A DNA stretch of 64,000 bases from the NCBI GenBank assembly GCA_003971905.1, contig RSEE01000080.1, forward strand, positions 186,001 to 250,000, given 5' to 3'. The translations under genes were made by a program, and so were the position numbers. Position 1 is the first letter of the stretch. The number at the start of each line of letters is the position of its first letter. Below are positions 39,385 through 51,482 of this stretch, one piece after another. The notes under the pieces were generated by a model. It worked only from the letters and a program-made list of their open reading frames with translations, was not told the DNA's origin and searched no databases. The DNA is from Moniliella sp. 'wahieum' (Eukaryota).

Positions 39385-42190
39385 GCGGGGCGCATGTGCA
39401 TTGCCCAGCGGGTGGAAGAGCGACGGTTGGTGGATGGGGGTGGTGGTTGAATGTTGGTGATTTTTGGTACCATATTCAATGCTGAATACTCAATGGCTGC
39501 CTTGCGTGCCCGCCGCTTGCGAAGTGCGAAGCCCATCCGACCAGCTGGCCGCACAGGGGCAGTGTGGGCGCGCTGGCGCCACGCCCCACGGGGCCAGTCT
39601 GCCTTCGGCTGCCTGCCCTCGCTCCTGTCCTTCCTCCCCCCTCCTGCCCCTGTCGCTGGCGGCTGCGGGCGGCCACCATCGCCAGGACAGGGGACGGCGA
39701 GCCCACCTGCGTCGCTACACCGCCCCCCCCGTCCCATCCGCCCCAACGGACACCAGATCATGGCAGGCACCGCCGCCGCACACCTCGCACTCCACAGTTC
39801 AACGTTCAGCCTCCACTGCAGCACCCCACTCATCACAAGCCAAAAAGTGTGCCCGCTACATCTTCTCCGCACACCTCTAGAGACTCGGACGCGATCTTCA
39901 CGCCCACGCATCCTGCACTTGCCCCGGGGAGTCGGGACGTAGCTCCACAATAAGTCGTGCTGGAGCATCATCCCTTTTGGTCACCGCTTGCCGCGAACCC
40001 GGGTCAAAGAACGTGCCCGATCCCGCTCCAGCGGGTCGGACGGGTGGTCTGGATTTGAGGTGGGGGGGTTGGTGGATCACAGAATTCCTAGGGGTGGCCA
40101 ACGTTGGGTCACCATGACAAGGTACGCAACGCACTGTTGGTCCCCGACTCGTCCCAGCTGGAGCTACGCGCGAGGCGGCAGTGGCGGCCAACCACAGCGG
40201 GGAGGAACCTGGCCGCTCCAAACGAGCCACGGCCAGCGAGACAGGAACGAGACAACCAGGACCTAGAGCGATCCCATTCCAACGTTACGTTCACCTTCCT
40301 CCCCGGGGAGCACACTCGCCACATCATTCCAAATTTGCTCGGGACGGCCATGTCGAAAGGTGCTTGTCTCCCAGGGAGCGGGTTGCGGGGGGGGGGGGGG
40401 GGGGCATAGGGGGGGGGGCGCGACAAGACAGGAGCGAGGCTGGTTTTGCTCTCTTAAGGGAAGCAATAACCTCTGCTGCTGCTGCTGGGCGCGGATGCGT
40501 TCGGGGACCATAACCAGGCGTGGGCTGCTAACCGTGGCAGAGCGGGTAAAGGGCGAGGGCACATACGGGACTAGCGTGGGCCTGAGGCTTCGGACGCAAG
40601 GATGGGGAACGAGACGGGAGAGGGAAGAGAGGGTTATCGAGTGCCCTCCTGATTGCGTGCGTGCCGAAGAAGGAAGGAAGATGAGGAGATGATGAGGAAA
40701 CGGGAGGGCGGTCCTCGATGAAACAAACTGCTCGTTCGGTCAACGGCAGCCGCTCCTCTCTGTCCTTCGGTAGCGTCGAGCTGTGATGAATGGCTCACTT
40801 CTTGCACCCCATCACCCTACAGATACTCCAGCGCAAGTGCATCCTTCCCTCCACTGGACTTTGCACGTGATGCTTTGCCACCCAGGCTCGCATGAGGATG
40901 GCCTTTGGTGATGGTGGCCCATAGCTCATCGTCCTGGGTCCCTAACAGACGCGTCGTTGACGGAAGGGTGGCCACATCTAGTTCCAGCACCTTTTTGTGG
41001 CGAGGAGCTCATCGGTGTGGCTATGACGAGGAGCGCGCGCGACGAGAGCTGGGGCATTGTGGGACCGACCTATAGGATTCGTGTTCTTTTCAACACCCAC
41101 ACTCCAGCAAAAAGTTAAGCCACTGTGGGGACTTCTCCTACACACTGGGCCCACTCTCTCGTGGCAGCGCTTCCAAAGAGTGGATCAGGACAAGTACGGA
41201 AACTAGCTGCGTGGGTCCGCTCTTCCTCCTCCCTGGCATCGCTTCAGTGCTCTTGAAAAGGAACGCTCTACTGTGTAACGTGTATGACGAAAGTACAGGG
41301 CAAAAAGAGTGGACGACGGAGGCGTGGTGAGGGTGTCGAAGTGAGACGCATCGCACTTTGGTGCTGTCGATCGGATGGTGCAGTACATATGTGGTGTGGC
41401 ATGTGAGTGTGAGTTGAGTGCTGGAACGTGGGGGTCGCGCATCGATGGGGCGGTCTTGTGCGTCCCAATCCTGCTGGCATCTGAGGATTGGCTGATGATT
41501 CGATGATTGATGAACGTTGCAGATGCCATCGATGCCATCTTTTCGTGTGGCGGGGGTAATCGGTAATCGTGCGCTGAGTAAGTGGCGCTTAGACCGACGC
41601 GGGCAGGGCAGCAGTGTCGGATGCGCTTCTGGTCCGTGTCGGCCCGATACGGGGACGGCACAGCGCACGACAGCACCACAGCGGGCCAGTGCGTTTGCCA
41701 CCTGCTCACGTGACAGCCTGCTTCTTATCAGATCTGCGCTCTCTGCGCTCGCGACGCAGCGGGGGAGCGTGCCAGACAGGCGCCGTGCCCGCTGAGGCAA
41801 CCGCCCGCCCGCTGGCACGAGGCGACTGTGCGCGCAGGCCATCGCATTGGGGCGCAGCGTGCGGATGCGCCCCCGTCCTGATCACCGCTGACACTCACCG
41901 CTCGCCTGCTGCATGAGCGCATCCTCCTCCACATGCCCCTCTGCCCGCCTGTTCCGCCCATTTCGCTTTTATTTGTTTGGCCCAGCCTGGCCAGCCAAGT
42001 CCGCGTCTTCTCAAAGCAAAAATCCCGGCTCGCCACCCTCGCTTGTCCCTCTCACCATCACCTCCGCCTCTTCTCCGCCTCTTCCTCCGGCCGCCACCCT
42101 TTCAGCACTACACCATCTCCCACCGCCACCACCTATACCACCGCCGCCACCTCCCCTCCTCCTGGCTCTGCATTCCCCCCCGCCGCCACC

Positions 42191-44486
42191 ATGTCCGCCG
42201 TCGGCGCACGCGTCTCTCTCGCCCGCCACGCGGCGAATGCACCCCAGGCTCCGCACCCGCATCCACTCCCACCACCCCTCCCGCTGCCCCGCCGCTCCGA
42301 ACGTCCTCGTCCTGGGCGGCAGCTATGCGGTATGCACTGCGCTTCCGTCCTAGCGAGCAGCTTCCGCCCGGCCATCGCGTCATCTCATCGAGCGCAACAG
42401 CCATTTTAAAACCGTACGTCCCACCCCCGCCTTTGTTTGCCCTCTGCCCGCCCGAGAACGCTGAGCGCTGACTTGCCCCTAGATCTCTACTGCTTCCGCG
42501 CGCTTTAGCGTGCTCTCTGGCCACGAACACGAAGCCTACATTCCATACTCGTCCATCTACGCCTCGGAAATGCCCCAGGAGGACGCTGGGACACGCCAGC
42601 GCCCGCTGCGCGGGAGGACAAGTCCACTGCGACCGATGGCGCCGCCGAGGCAGCGCGGTCGACTGACGAGGCGTCTGCGTCGGTGCGCAAGGTCTTTTGT
42701 TTGACAACGGCCCGTCTTCGGGAGGGGCGGAAACGTTGATGTTCCGCCGCGCGGCGATGAGACTCGGCCAGCGGAGGCGGCGGCAGAGACGCTGACGCAC
42801 TCAACGAGTGAGCCCTCGAGCGATACCGACCCGTTGAGTGAGGGCGACACGCCCCCGTCTCGCTCTCGTGTCTCGTCGGGTCCGACGAGTGGGCAGGCGA
42901 CGAGGAGCTGGGTGCGGACCAGCGGGTCGGCGAGGGCGACATGGAAAAGATGATTGAACAAGACGCGCGAGCGGTGCACAAGCGATCGCTTTCGTTCCAA
43001 GTGGCCAACTTGGACTTGGCGGATCAGGAGGGCGCGAATGGGGAGCAGGACGTGCCCGAGCGGTACGAAGCTGCGATGGTGGATGCAGTGGATGCTTCGC
43101 CCAATTCATCGGAACCGCACCCGCACCTTGTGCTCCAAGGCACGGTCACCGAAATCAACTCGCACCATGTTGTCGTTGCGCCGAGTGTAGCCAGATACGG
43201 ACCATGCGTTGGCCCAGCTGGGCAAGGCGCCCACGTCCAAAACTTTGGTCGATTGACCAGGTCTCCATTCCGTACGATTACCTCGTCTACGCATTGGGCA
43301 GCAAGATGCCCGACCGCTGCGCTCGATGCACGGACCAAGGCAGGCGGCGTGGCGTGGATGAAGCAGATGCAAGCACGCATCACGGCCGCTGAAAAAATCG
43401 TGATTGTCGGTGGGGGCGCGTTGGGCGTGGAGTATGCGCTGGACATTGCCACCATCTTCCCGGCCAAAGCATCGCAAGTCACGCTCTTGCACAGCCGGAC
43501 TCAGCTCTTGCCCAACTTTGATCCGGCCGTGCACGACCTCGTTCTCGAGCGCCTGACGCAGGCCGGTGTGAATGTGATCCTGGGCGAGCGCCTGGCGTTG
43601 GCACAAGGGTGCCCGTTGGGCAGCACGGTCAGCTCGAGCGACAAGTCGGCACCGGGCCGGGCGCGTACGGTTGCGCCGTCGCCGTTGGACCAACCCGTGG
43701 GTGAAAGCCAACTGATCCGGACCACGACCGGGCGCGAGATTGAGGCGGATCTGCTACTGCTGTGCACGGGCCAACAACCCAACTCGAGTCTGATGGCTTC
43801 CTTTTCGCCCTCGAGTGTCGATGTGAACTCGCGGCTGATCAAGGTCGCGCCCACGATGCAGGTCCAGGCCGACCCGAGCACGTGGATGCCCACGGACCCT
43901 TTGCTTTCCGTCCTCCGTGCGTCGATTGCGATTGCTTTGTCGAGCGCAAGACGGGCGCCGACCATCCCCACATCGTCCTGACCCAGGAGCACACTGACGA
44001 GCAAGAGGGGACCGGACGAAGGGACCACCAAGTGCTTCCGCATATCTATGCCATTGGCGATGTAGCCGATGCGTTTGGCGCGATCAATGCTGGTTACCAA
44101 GCTTGGACCATGGCCGAAGTCGCTGCGCGGAACATTGTTCGTCAGATCCGGCAGCACGAAGCGCCTTTGTCTGGGTCTGCCTCACCGGCGCGGGCGCCCG
44201 TTGGGCTGGCGCCGACCGACGCTTCCAGCCCCCGCCTGGGCCTGGGCGAGTCCGAGTCCGAGTCCGATACCGACCCCGCCACCGAGCAGGGCGAGGCGTT
44301 GGAACACTTTACGCCCATTGCGCCCATGCTCAAGTTGAGTCTGGTATGGGCTCGATGGTGTTCCAGGGCCTGCCGGACCCGCAGGGCAAGCCCCTGGTCG
44401 AGGTGCGCGACGACCCGGAGGACCTGGGCGTCAAGACCATTTGGCACTTTATGGCCAAGGCTTCCACCGCCGACATGCACCGCTGA
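42191..44486 (+). CDS. AIF/AMID(FSP1)-like FAD-dependent pyridine nucleotide-disulfide oxidoreductase, frameshifted
   Basis: NVLVLGGSYA (FAD binding), IPYDYLVYALGS, IVIVGGGALGVEYA (NAD(P)H binding), VTLLHSR, LLLCTGQQPNS, HIYAIGDVAD. Confidence 0.9.
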
Positions 44487-44846
44487 ACTCATGGCCCCAA
44501 GTACCCCAAGCCCCAAAGCCCCAAAGCGCCGGTCGTGTGGCCCAGTGGGTTGTGGGTTGTGGTTGGGTCCTGAGTCATGCTTTATGGTTCCTCTGATGAT
44601 CCTCGTCTGTTCCTGTTCTTATCGCCTATGGCCCTTCTCTTCTGGGGTTGGCCCCCCTCCTATTCGTCTCTCAGCTATTGGTTCCCTTCCCTTCCTATGT
44701 CGACCCTATGATTTTCATCGTCTCCTGGCGCAATCCCCTCTTTGGCGCGCCTCTCGTTTGTTTGTTTGTTTGTTTGTTTGGTTGCGCGTTCCGTGTGGCG
44801 CCAGTGTCCATTCGTTTTCGCATTCGCTCATCGAGCTCATCGATCA

Positions 44847-44904
44847 CCCATCCCATCCCATCCCATCCCATCCCATCCCATCCCATCCCCATCCCCATCC
44901 CCAT
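44847..44904. repeat. (CCATC)n pentamer microsatellite, with a (GTTT)n tract at about 44756-44780
   Basis: Direct inspection. Confidence 0.9.
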
Positions 44905-45514
44905 CTCATTCCCACCTCATCCCAACCCATCTCCATCCCATCCTCTTTTTCCCGTTTTGTACTCTTCCGCAACCCATATTTTTTTTGTTTTTGTTTTGGA
45001 TTCCCGTCTTATTTCGACGGTTTGATAGGACGGACGCTAGGATGGACGCGAGCCTAGGAAGCGCCTGCTTGGCTGGGTAAGACGCGGGCTGGACTTTTTT
45101 GTGGGAACGGTGAGAAGCGAGATACCGTAGAGGGCGTGGAGCCAACTGCGGGGTTTTGAGTCGGTGAGACGAACAGTGGGCGTATTATACCTGTACATCG
45201 TGCGCCGCCCACTGCAGGCAGCCCAGGCTCGTGCTGCTCGAGCTATCCTATGTCGGACAGGATTCGTACGAGTCTAAACTACTCGGCGCTACGGAGCTCT
45301 CCACGCCCATGCAGCACAAGACTGTGGGAGGATACGTTCAAAGACGTGACAGTGGAAGAACAAAGCGTCAAATTAATATACCTCCCGCGTCTTTAATTCT
45401 CTTTCCCGCATGCAATGAAACGCCACTGCAGGCGACCGTGGCGGGAGGGGCCGAGAGAAAAGAGGGTGATCGACGATGCGTGCCCTGCGCCTGTATCGAT
45501 TATCCTCCCTCAGC

Positions 45515-47645
45515 TCAGAGTTTGGCCGGGGGCGCGCTGGCTGCAGCCTTCTCCACCACGTCGCGCAGCAACTGGAGTGCCTGCACCAGGTTCTGGGCAA
45601 ACTTGGTGGTAGACGAAGCGGAGGTTTTGGATTCAATGCCAAACTTGATCACCTTGTTGCCCGCCAGGTAATTGCACCCGTACCCGTCGGGGTAGCCGGC
45701 GCCAAAGCCCGTGCCGACCAGGCGGTCGCCCGAATTGAGTCCCGAGGTGGACAAGGTCCAGGTTTGGCTCTGCGCAAACGCTTCGTCTGCCAGCAGCGCT
45801 GGCATGGGGCCGTCCCTACTGGCATCGTACACCAACCGCAGCCCCGTGAGGTGCCGGTCAATGCCGTTGCCAGAGCTGGCGTTTTTGGTTTGAAGCGAGT
45901 GCGCCTTGCATGCCTTGGCCAGCAAGTCGGCCAGCTGCTTGGGCTCCTGGTCTTGTTTCCTCAGCAGCGCCGACACCAACTGGTAACTCTCGGTCGAGAA
46001 GGATCGGATGACGTCGGTGCGTCCATGCTGGAAGACGCGCGTCGAGGCCGTTTCGTACGTCGGCGTTTGCTTGCCATACGACAAGGCCATGGCCACTTGC
46101 AATGCCATTTGCAAAAACGCATCGGGGCTGGCCTTGCCCACTTTTTTGATCCACTCGGCACCATACTCGTCAAAGAACAACTCGCGAATGTCACTCTCGG
46201 CCGCAATCGCCATCGCGTTGCGCGTCGACCGCTCAATTTCCTCAAGCAACGCCCCGGCCAGATCAAAGTCGCGCCGGACAAACGCCGAGGCTGCCGACGA
46301 AATTTCGCCCGCGGGCGTGGTGGTGACCGAGGGGAAACTTTGTCCGACCGGTGTGGCCGGAACGGCCGAGCAATAGTCGGCCAAGATGGCCGGGATCAAG
46401 GCATCAATCGGCGAGTGCTCACCCATAAAGCTAGCGCGCCCATTCGGCTCGACGATCAACGTCAGCGATTTGTCAAACCACCGGTTGTGCCGCGGCCGGC
46501 GCCACTGCCGTTGCGCGCATGGGCATCGACCCAGGCGGGCGAAGCGGCGACGGGCGCAGGGTGGTCCGCGGGCAGGGGCAAGACGGAGGTGTCCAAGGCG
46601 AGAACAAAGAGCGACTGTTGGATCGCCTGTACGCTTGCCGAGTTCTGCGCCGAGTGCGCCAACACTTTTTCCCGCACCATTGTCCACCAGTCCCGGTCGT
46701 CTGCGCTCAGCACGCCCCACTCCCGCTCCGTCCGGCCGCGTTTGCGCGTCGGCGACGAGCGCTTGCAGGCCCTGCTCAATCGCCGCAGGAGAGAGGATCA
46801 AGCCGGTAAGGGGATCAATGACTTGCAAGTCGTAGTAATTGTTACGAATGACCACCGTGATGTGGTACGCGACGGGGTCCGAGGCAAGCGCCTTATCTTG
46901 CGCCACGGCCGGCGCGGCCGGACGCGTGTTCCAGTCGTGGGGCAGGCCTGGGATGCGCGTCACACCAAACAGGTTGGTGTACTGGTGCATGCAAAACGGA
47001 CCGGCGCGCGATGTGTCGGGGAGAATGGTCTGCTTGTCCAAGCGAACCTTAAATTCGACCAGCCGCCAGCTGAGCCACGCCGCGCGCCGCAGCGCCAGCG
47101 ACAACGACGTCCAATGCGCCGGGCCGAGCAGCGCGGCAACATCAATCGGCTTGGATGGGTCCTTGGCCAGGCGGGCCCAGTCGGCCTGGGAGAGAGAGTG
47201 CAGCGGAGAAGGGTTGCCTGGGTGGCTGATGTCCGCCGGTTCTGCACGTTGGTGTCGGGCGCAAAGAGCAGCCACCAATTGGAATTGACCAGGAGCGGCA
47301 CACGCCACTCGTGGTACGCCTTTTGCAGCCAGTAGCGGTCGTCGAGCCAGTTGGTCGCCGTGGTGCTGTTCACGTCGCTCAGGCGGTTCTGCAGCACGGT
47401 GGCCAGGTCCGAGTCGAGGAACTGGCGCGCATACTCCTTGCGCTTGGCCAGCTCCGACGCAGCGGTCGCGCCGGGCGGCAGCTGGCCCAGCTCCTCGGCC
47501 TGGAGAAAGAGCGGCTGGAGCGAGACGAGGTAGCGCTCCACCGTCTGGGCCAGCGGCGGACGGGCAGGCGCGGCAGGCGCGACTGGAAGGCGAGCGTCTT
47601 GGGCGCCTGCTCGGGCGGGCCGGGGAAGGTGGCGAGCGCTTGCAT
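45515..47645 (-). CDS. CAT2: Carnitine O-acetyltransferase with C-terminal PTS1 (AKL), frameshifted
   Basis: FQSRLPRLPV, NWLDDRYWLQKAYHEWRVPLLVNSN, PFCMHQY, NRWFDKSL, MGEHSPIDA, TYETASTRVFQHGRTDVIRS, GIDRHLTGL, LSTS, GFG..YPDGYG, ends PPAKL*. Confidence 0.93.
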
Positions 47646-48114
47646 GGGGGGAGGGGGGCAAGAAGATGGAGAACGAGGGGCAGCCCGGGGATGAAAGCAC
47701 GGTACTTAACCTGATAGCTGGGCCAGCGGCGTCTTTCAATTTCAGCTCCGGCTGGTCCAGCCTCCGAGCCGGCGGATGGCGCACGCTGTGCTGTGCTGGG
47801 CGCTGGCTGCCCCTCGCCCGGCTTCCGGCTGGCTGGTGCCGGCGGCCGACCGCACCCAGCTGCGTGATACCAGCCGTCACATGCACACGTCACGTGTGAC
47901 TCTTAGGCTAGCTCTCCTGCGGCGGCCGTTCGGTGCAACCGCATCAACCCGAGCGCCGGGCCACGCGCATCAGCACTGCAGCCCCGTGCAGCCCTCTCTG
48001 GCCAAGCGATGCACTAGGGTTTCCCTAGGGTTAGCCGCGCCTGGCTTGCCTCCAGTCGACGGCGTCGCCCCCTCGCTTGTTCGCTGCGCCTGCTCCACGC
48101 TCCAACAGACACCC

Positions 48115-48615
48115 ATGGACGCCTCCGATCCGCCCGACACGGCATGGGTGCGTTGGCCATTGCCTCCCCTGCCTTCTCTTCCTCGACTCGCCCCAACTGA
48201 CGCATATCTTCCTGCCTGTCCAGGGCGCCGCTGAGCCAGCCCCCGAGGCCAGCACCAACGATTTGGTCGAGAAGGAGAAGCTCATCCAGTCCGTATCCCG
48301 CGCCCGCTCCCCGCTCCGTGTCGCCTGCTGCTGCTAACCCTGTGGTCTTGCACTTGCGCCCCTTGCCTTGGTTCGTTGGCTCGACAGCGAACTGATCAGT
48401 CTGCAAAGTGGTCTGCGCGGTACGTGGTAACCCTGCTCTGGTCTGCCTCCCTGTCTGTTGTGCCTTGTCTTAACCCTCCCTCTCCCTCGCCCGCAGCCCT
48501 GGTGGAACGGGTGGACGCTGTCAAGTCCGATTGCGAGAAGCGCGAGGCCGAGAACGATATGCTGCAGACTTACATTGACAGCATCACCAAGAGCTTGGCG
48601 GCCAAGTCGGTCTAG
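48115..48615 (+). CDS. Short coiled-coil protein (SCOC/Slo1/DUF2205-like), 4 exons
   Basis: Three canonical introns; spliced product ..EKEKLI.ELISLQSGLRALVERVDAVKSDCEKREAENDMLQTYIDSITK. Confidence 0.8.
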
Positions 48616-49457
48616 CCGCGACGTATAGTAGCCCGTTTCGTTGTTGCTTGCACCGGCTTGCATGACACAAGAAGGTGGTGGGGTCAGGGGCAGCATTGCG
48701 TTCGCCGTGGTAGGCCGAACGCGAGCCTCATGTCCCTCGTTGGCTGAGGGAATGGTGAATTGACCAGGGTAAGGACCACACTTGTCCCCCCTTCTACGAG
48801 CGAGTTTCTTCCCCCCCCGCTATCTTGCACACGCCGATGGCAATGTCTCTGTCCTTGGAAGACGGATGCTCCTGAGCTTGCTGTACTCTCCTGTCTTCCT
48901 GTTCTGTCATCACAAAAGGCCCTGGGACACGCAAGACGATGGGGCGGGGGATTCCCTCGCCAATGCAAGGATGGCTCAGCGTTGATGCGGTCCCCTGGCG
49001 TTCCTCTATGTCAACTAGAGGTGGGGTCGTCTGCAACGCATCCTAGAACGAACCCCTCGAACACCAATGGGACCCATCCTCCCCTGCTTGCTAGCCACAG
49101 TCGTAGTTGGGTCCTCTGCAACGCAACGGGGCTGGTCTCAATGGGGAGAGGTGGCGACAACGGTAGGCGAACCGACTTGGGATGCTAGTTGGAGAGAGGC
49201 TCACCAACGAGTAGGTCGATGACGTGGGGGATGCTGGAGCCTACTGGAGCCCAGCTGAAGCGCTGAGCTGGTGATTGATGCTTGCAATCACCTGATCAAT
49301 ATTGTTCTGATCAATATGTTCGGCCTGTCGCCGGCCATAGAGGCGGCGTAATACCGAGGGGCAGCACTCGGGCTTTTGCTTTGATTAGTCGGCTGACTTT
49401 GCCCATTTAAATGCTGGGCCTGTACCTGTGCCTGCCTAGGCCAATGTCGGGTGCAAG

Positions 49458-49467
49458 TGCCACGTGG
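49458..49467 (+). promoter_or_regulatory. UPRE-like element TGCCACGTGG upstream of ERO1; second site TGACGTGG at 49220-49227
   Basis: Matches Hac1/XBP1/Cib1-type CCACGT core about 150 nt before the ERO1 ATG; ERO1 is a known UPR target. Confidence 0.55.
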
Positions 49468-49617
49468 AGCAGCACCTCGTTAAACAAAGCGCCGCGTACA
49501 CCTCCTTCTGTCCACCCCCTCCCCGCGCCGCCCATCCACCACCCATCCACCACCATCATCACCACCACCGCCACCTCCATCCGCTGCGTGCGCCCCGCCT
49601 TATCTGTTCTCTCCTCC

Positions 49618-51482
49618 ATGCTCCCAAGAGGCGCCTCGCCAAGTCTGCCGGCGCTATGCGTCGCTATGGGTGTGCTGTGCGCTGCCACACCCGCCTGGGC
49701 TGAGGCCAGCGCGGAGCTAAGGGGGCTCCTGTCCCACGCTCTCTCGGCCTCTCCGCCAGGCAACGTACACAGCCCATCACCCAAGGATCTGTACGCGGCC
49801 CCACTCGCCAACTGCACATTACGTGGACCGATTGAAAACGCGCAGTGCAACTACGAAGACGTAGACGCCATCAACGACGACTTTTATGCCCAACTCCAAT
49901 CCATCGTCGCCACCCCCTACTTTCGCTACTACAAGACCGACCTGGACAAAACCTGTCCCTTTTGGCCAGATGACGCGCTTTGCACAAATCGTAATTGTGC
50001 TGTTCAGACGCTGGATGAAGTACGTGCGCGCAACCTGTCTCTTTGCCCCATCGTTCGCCAACTGACCCCATGTCCCTCTTCCCCCCTGCCCAGTCGGATG
50101 TACCAGAAAAATATCGCACCAGCACCCTCTCCTCTGTCTCCACCACCCCCGACGAGGTGGTGGCCAATCTAACAGGAGGTACCGGCGCGACAACATGCCA
50201 TTGTGACGAGACGGACTTTTGCCATTGGGACGATGAGTATTCGGCCAATGCGGTGTTTGTTGATCTGAACAAGAATCCAGAACGTTTTACGGGCTATGGG
50301 GGGGCTTCCTCCGTCGTCGGGTATGGAAGAGCATCTATGATGAAAACTGTTTTGGTGTCCCAGGCAAAGCAGCCGGTTCTTCCGCCCGCTTCCTGCCAAT
50401 GCCGGGGCCGGGGCCGGGCTCGGCTCCGATGTAAGCAGCAACCCGGCCGCTTCGCACCTCTTTGCTTCTTTCTCTCCTCGATGCAACCTGAGCAGGTTGA
50501 CGATGCGGCAGAAGAGGAGGCCGAAGAGCAAAATGAGATGTGCATGGAGAAGCGCATCTTTTATCGCATCCTCAGTGGCCTTCATGCTTCCATTTCGATC
50601 CACATTTGCGATGAATTTTTGGACAAGGAGACGGGCACATGGGGTCCGAACGAAAAGTGTTTCCGTTTCCGGATTGCCAACTTTCCCGACCGGTTGCAAA
50701 ACCTGTACTTTGACTATGCCCTCTTTCTCCGCGCGCTCGCCCGCGTCGGCGAGCAGGCCGCGCACCAACCCAGCTTCACCATCACCTCGGCCGGCAACGA
50801 GATTGACGATGCAGCGAGCCAACATGCCTTTGACCAACTCCTCCTCTCTGCGACCAAACTCAAACCCACATTTGATGAGCGCACTCTGTTTTCCGGCCCA
50901 GACGCCGTCGGCCTGCGCGACGAGTTTAAGCATCGCTTCCGCAACGTGACGTCCATCATGGACTGTGTCGGATGCGACAAGTGTCGGCTGTGGGGCAAGT
51001 TGCAGACCAGTGGCGTGGCCACCGCACTCAAGATTTTGTTTGCGTACGACGACAATCACGACACTCACGACGGCCACGACGGTCATGCCGATCCTGTCCC
51101 CGTGGGCTCCTCCCCCTCCCCCGTACCGGCCACCGCACCCGGCACCCACCGCTCCCTCAAACGATCCGAACTCGTCGCGCTCGTCAACACGGCCAACCGA
51201 TTCGCCGAGAGCCTCAAGGCCGTCCAACGGTTCCGCTCCATGTACCTGGAGCAGCTTGAGCTCGACCCAGCCCAGCAGCCGCCTGCTCCTACCGCCCTCC
51301 CATCGCCCCCTGACCAAACCGACGTATCGGGTGCACCGGAAGTGGAGGTGAAAGCGAAAGCGGAAGGGCAAGGGAAAGGGGCAGAGGGGAGGCAGGTGCC
51401 ACTCTCTCGGCCCGCCACCACACCTTCGACCTCGGCCTCGATCTCGACCCGTGCCTCGCTGTTGCCTCATGAAGACTTGTAA
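49618..51482 (+). CDS. ERO1: Endoplasmic reticulum oxidoreductin 1, frameshifted
   Basis: Signal peptide; YFRYYKTDL..CPFWPDDALCTNRNCAV; DLNKNPERFTGY; CMEKRIFYRILSGLHASISIHIC; IMDCVGCDKCRLWGKLQ; intron 50020-50093. Confidence 0.97.

Noticed and set aside
40783..40830. C-box GTGATGA (snoRNA) and a PYRYS peptide reminiscent of gypsy pol
   Set aside because: No D box at a suitable distance, and no further RT similarity
45476..47335. 619-aa plus-strand ORF and similar long antisense ORFs (5065..6456, 50169..51470, 10538..11401)
   Set aside because: Shadow frames opposite real genes in GC-rich DNA with no recognisable motifs
49441..49464. Mammalian-type ERSE (CCAAT-N9-CCACG)
   Set aside because: Spacing is 14 nt, not 9; kept only as UPRE-like
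42191..51482. Secondary-metabolite gene cluster
   Set aside because: No PKS, NRPS, terpene synthase or glycolipid backbone gene; neighbours are housekeeping genes
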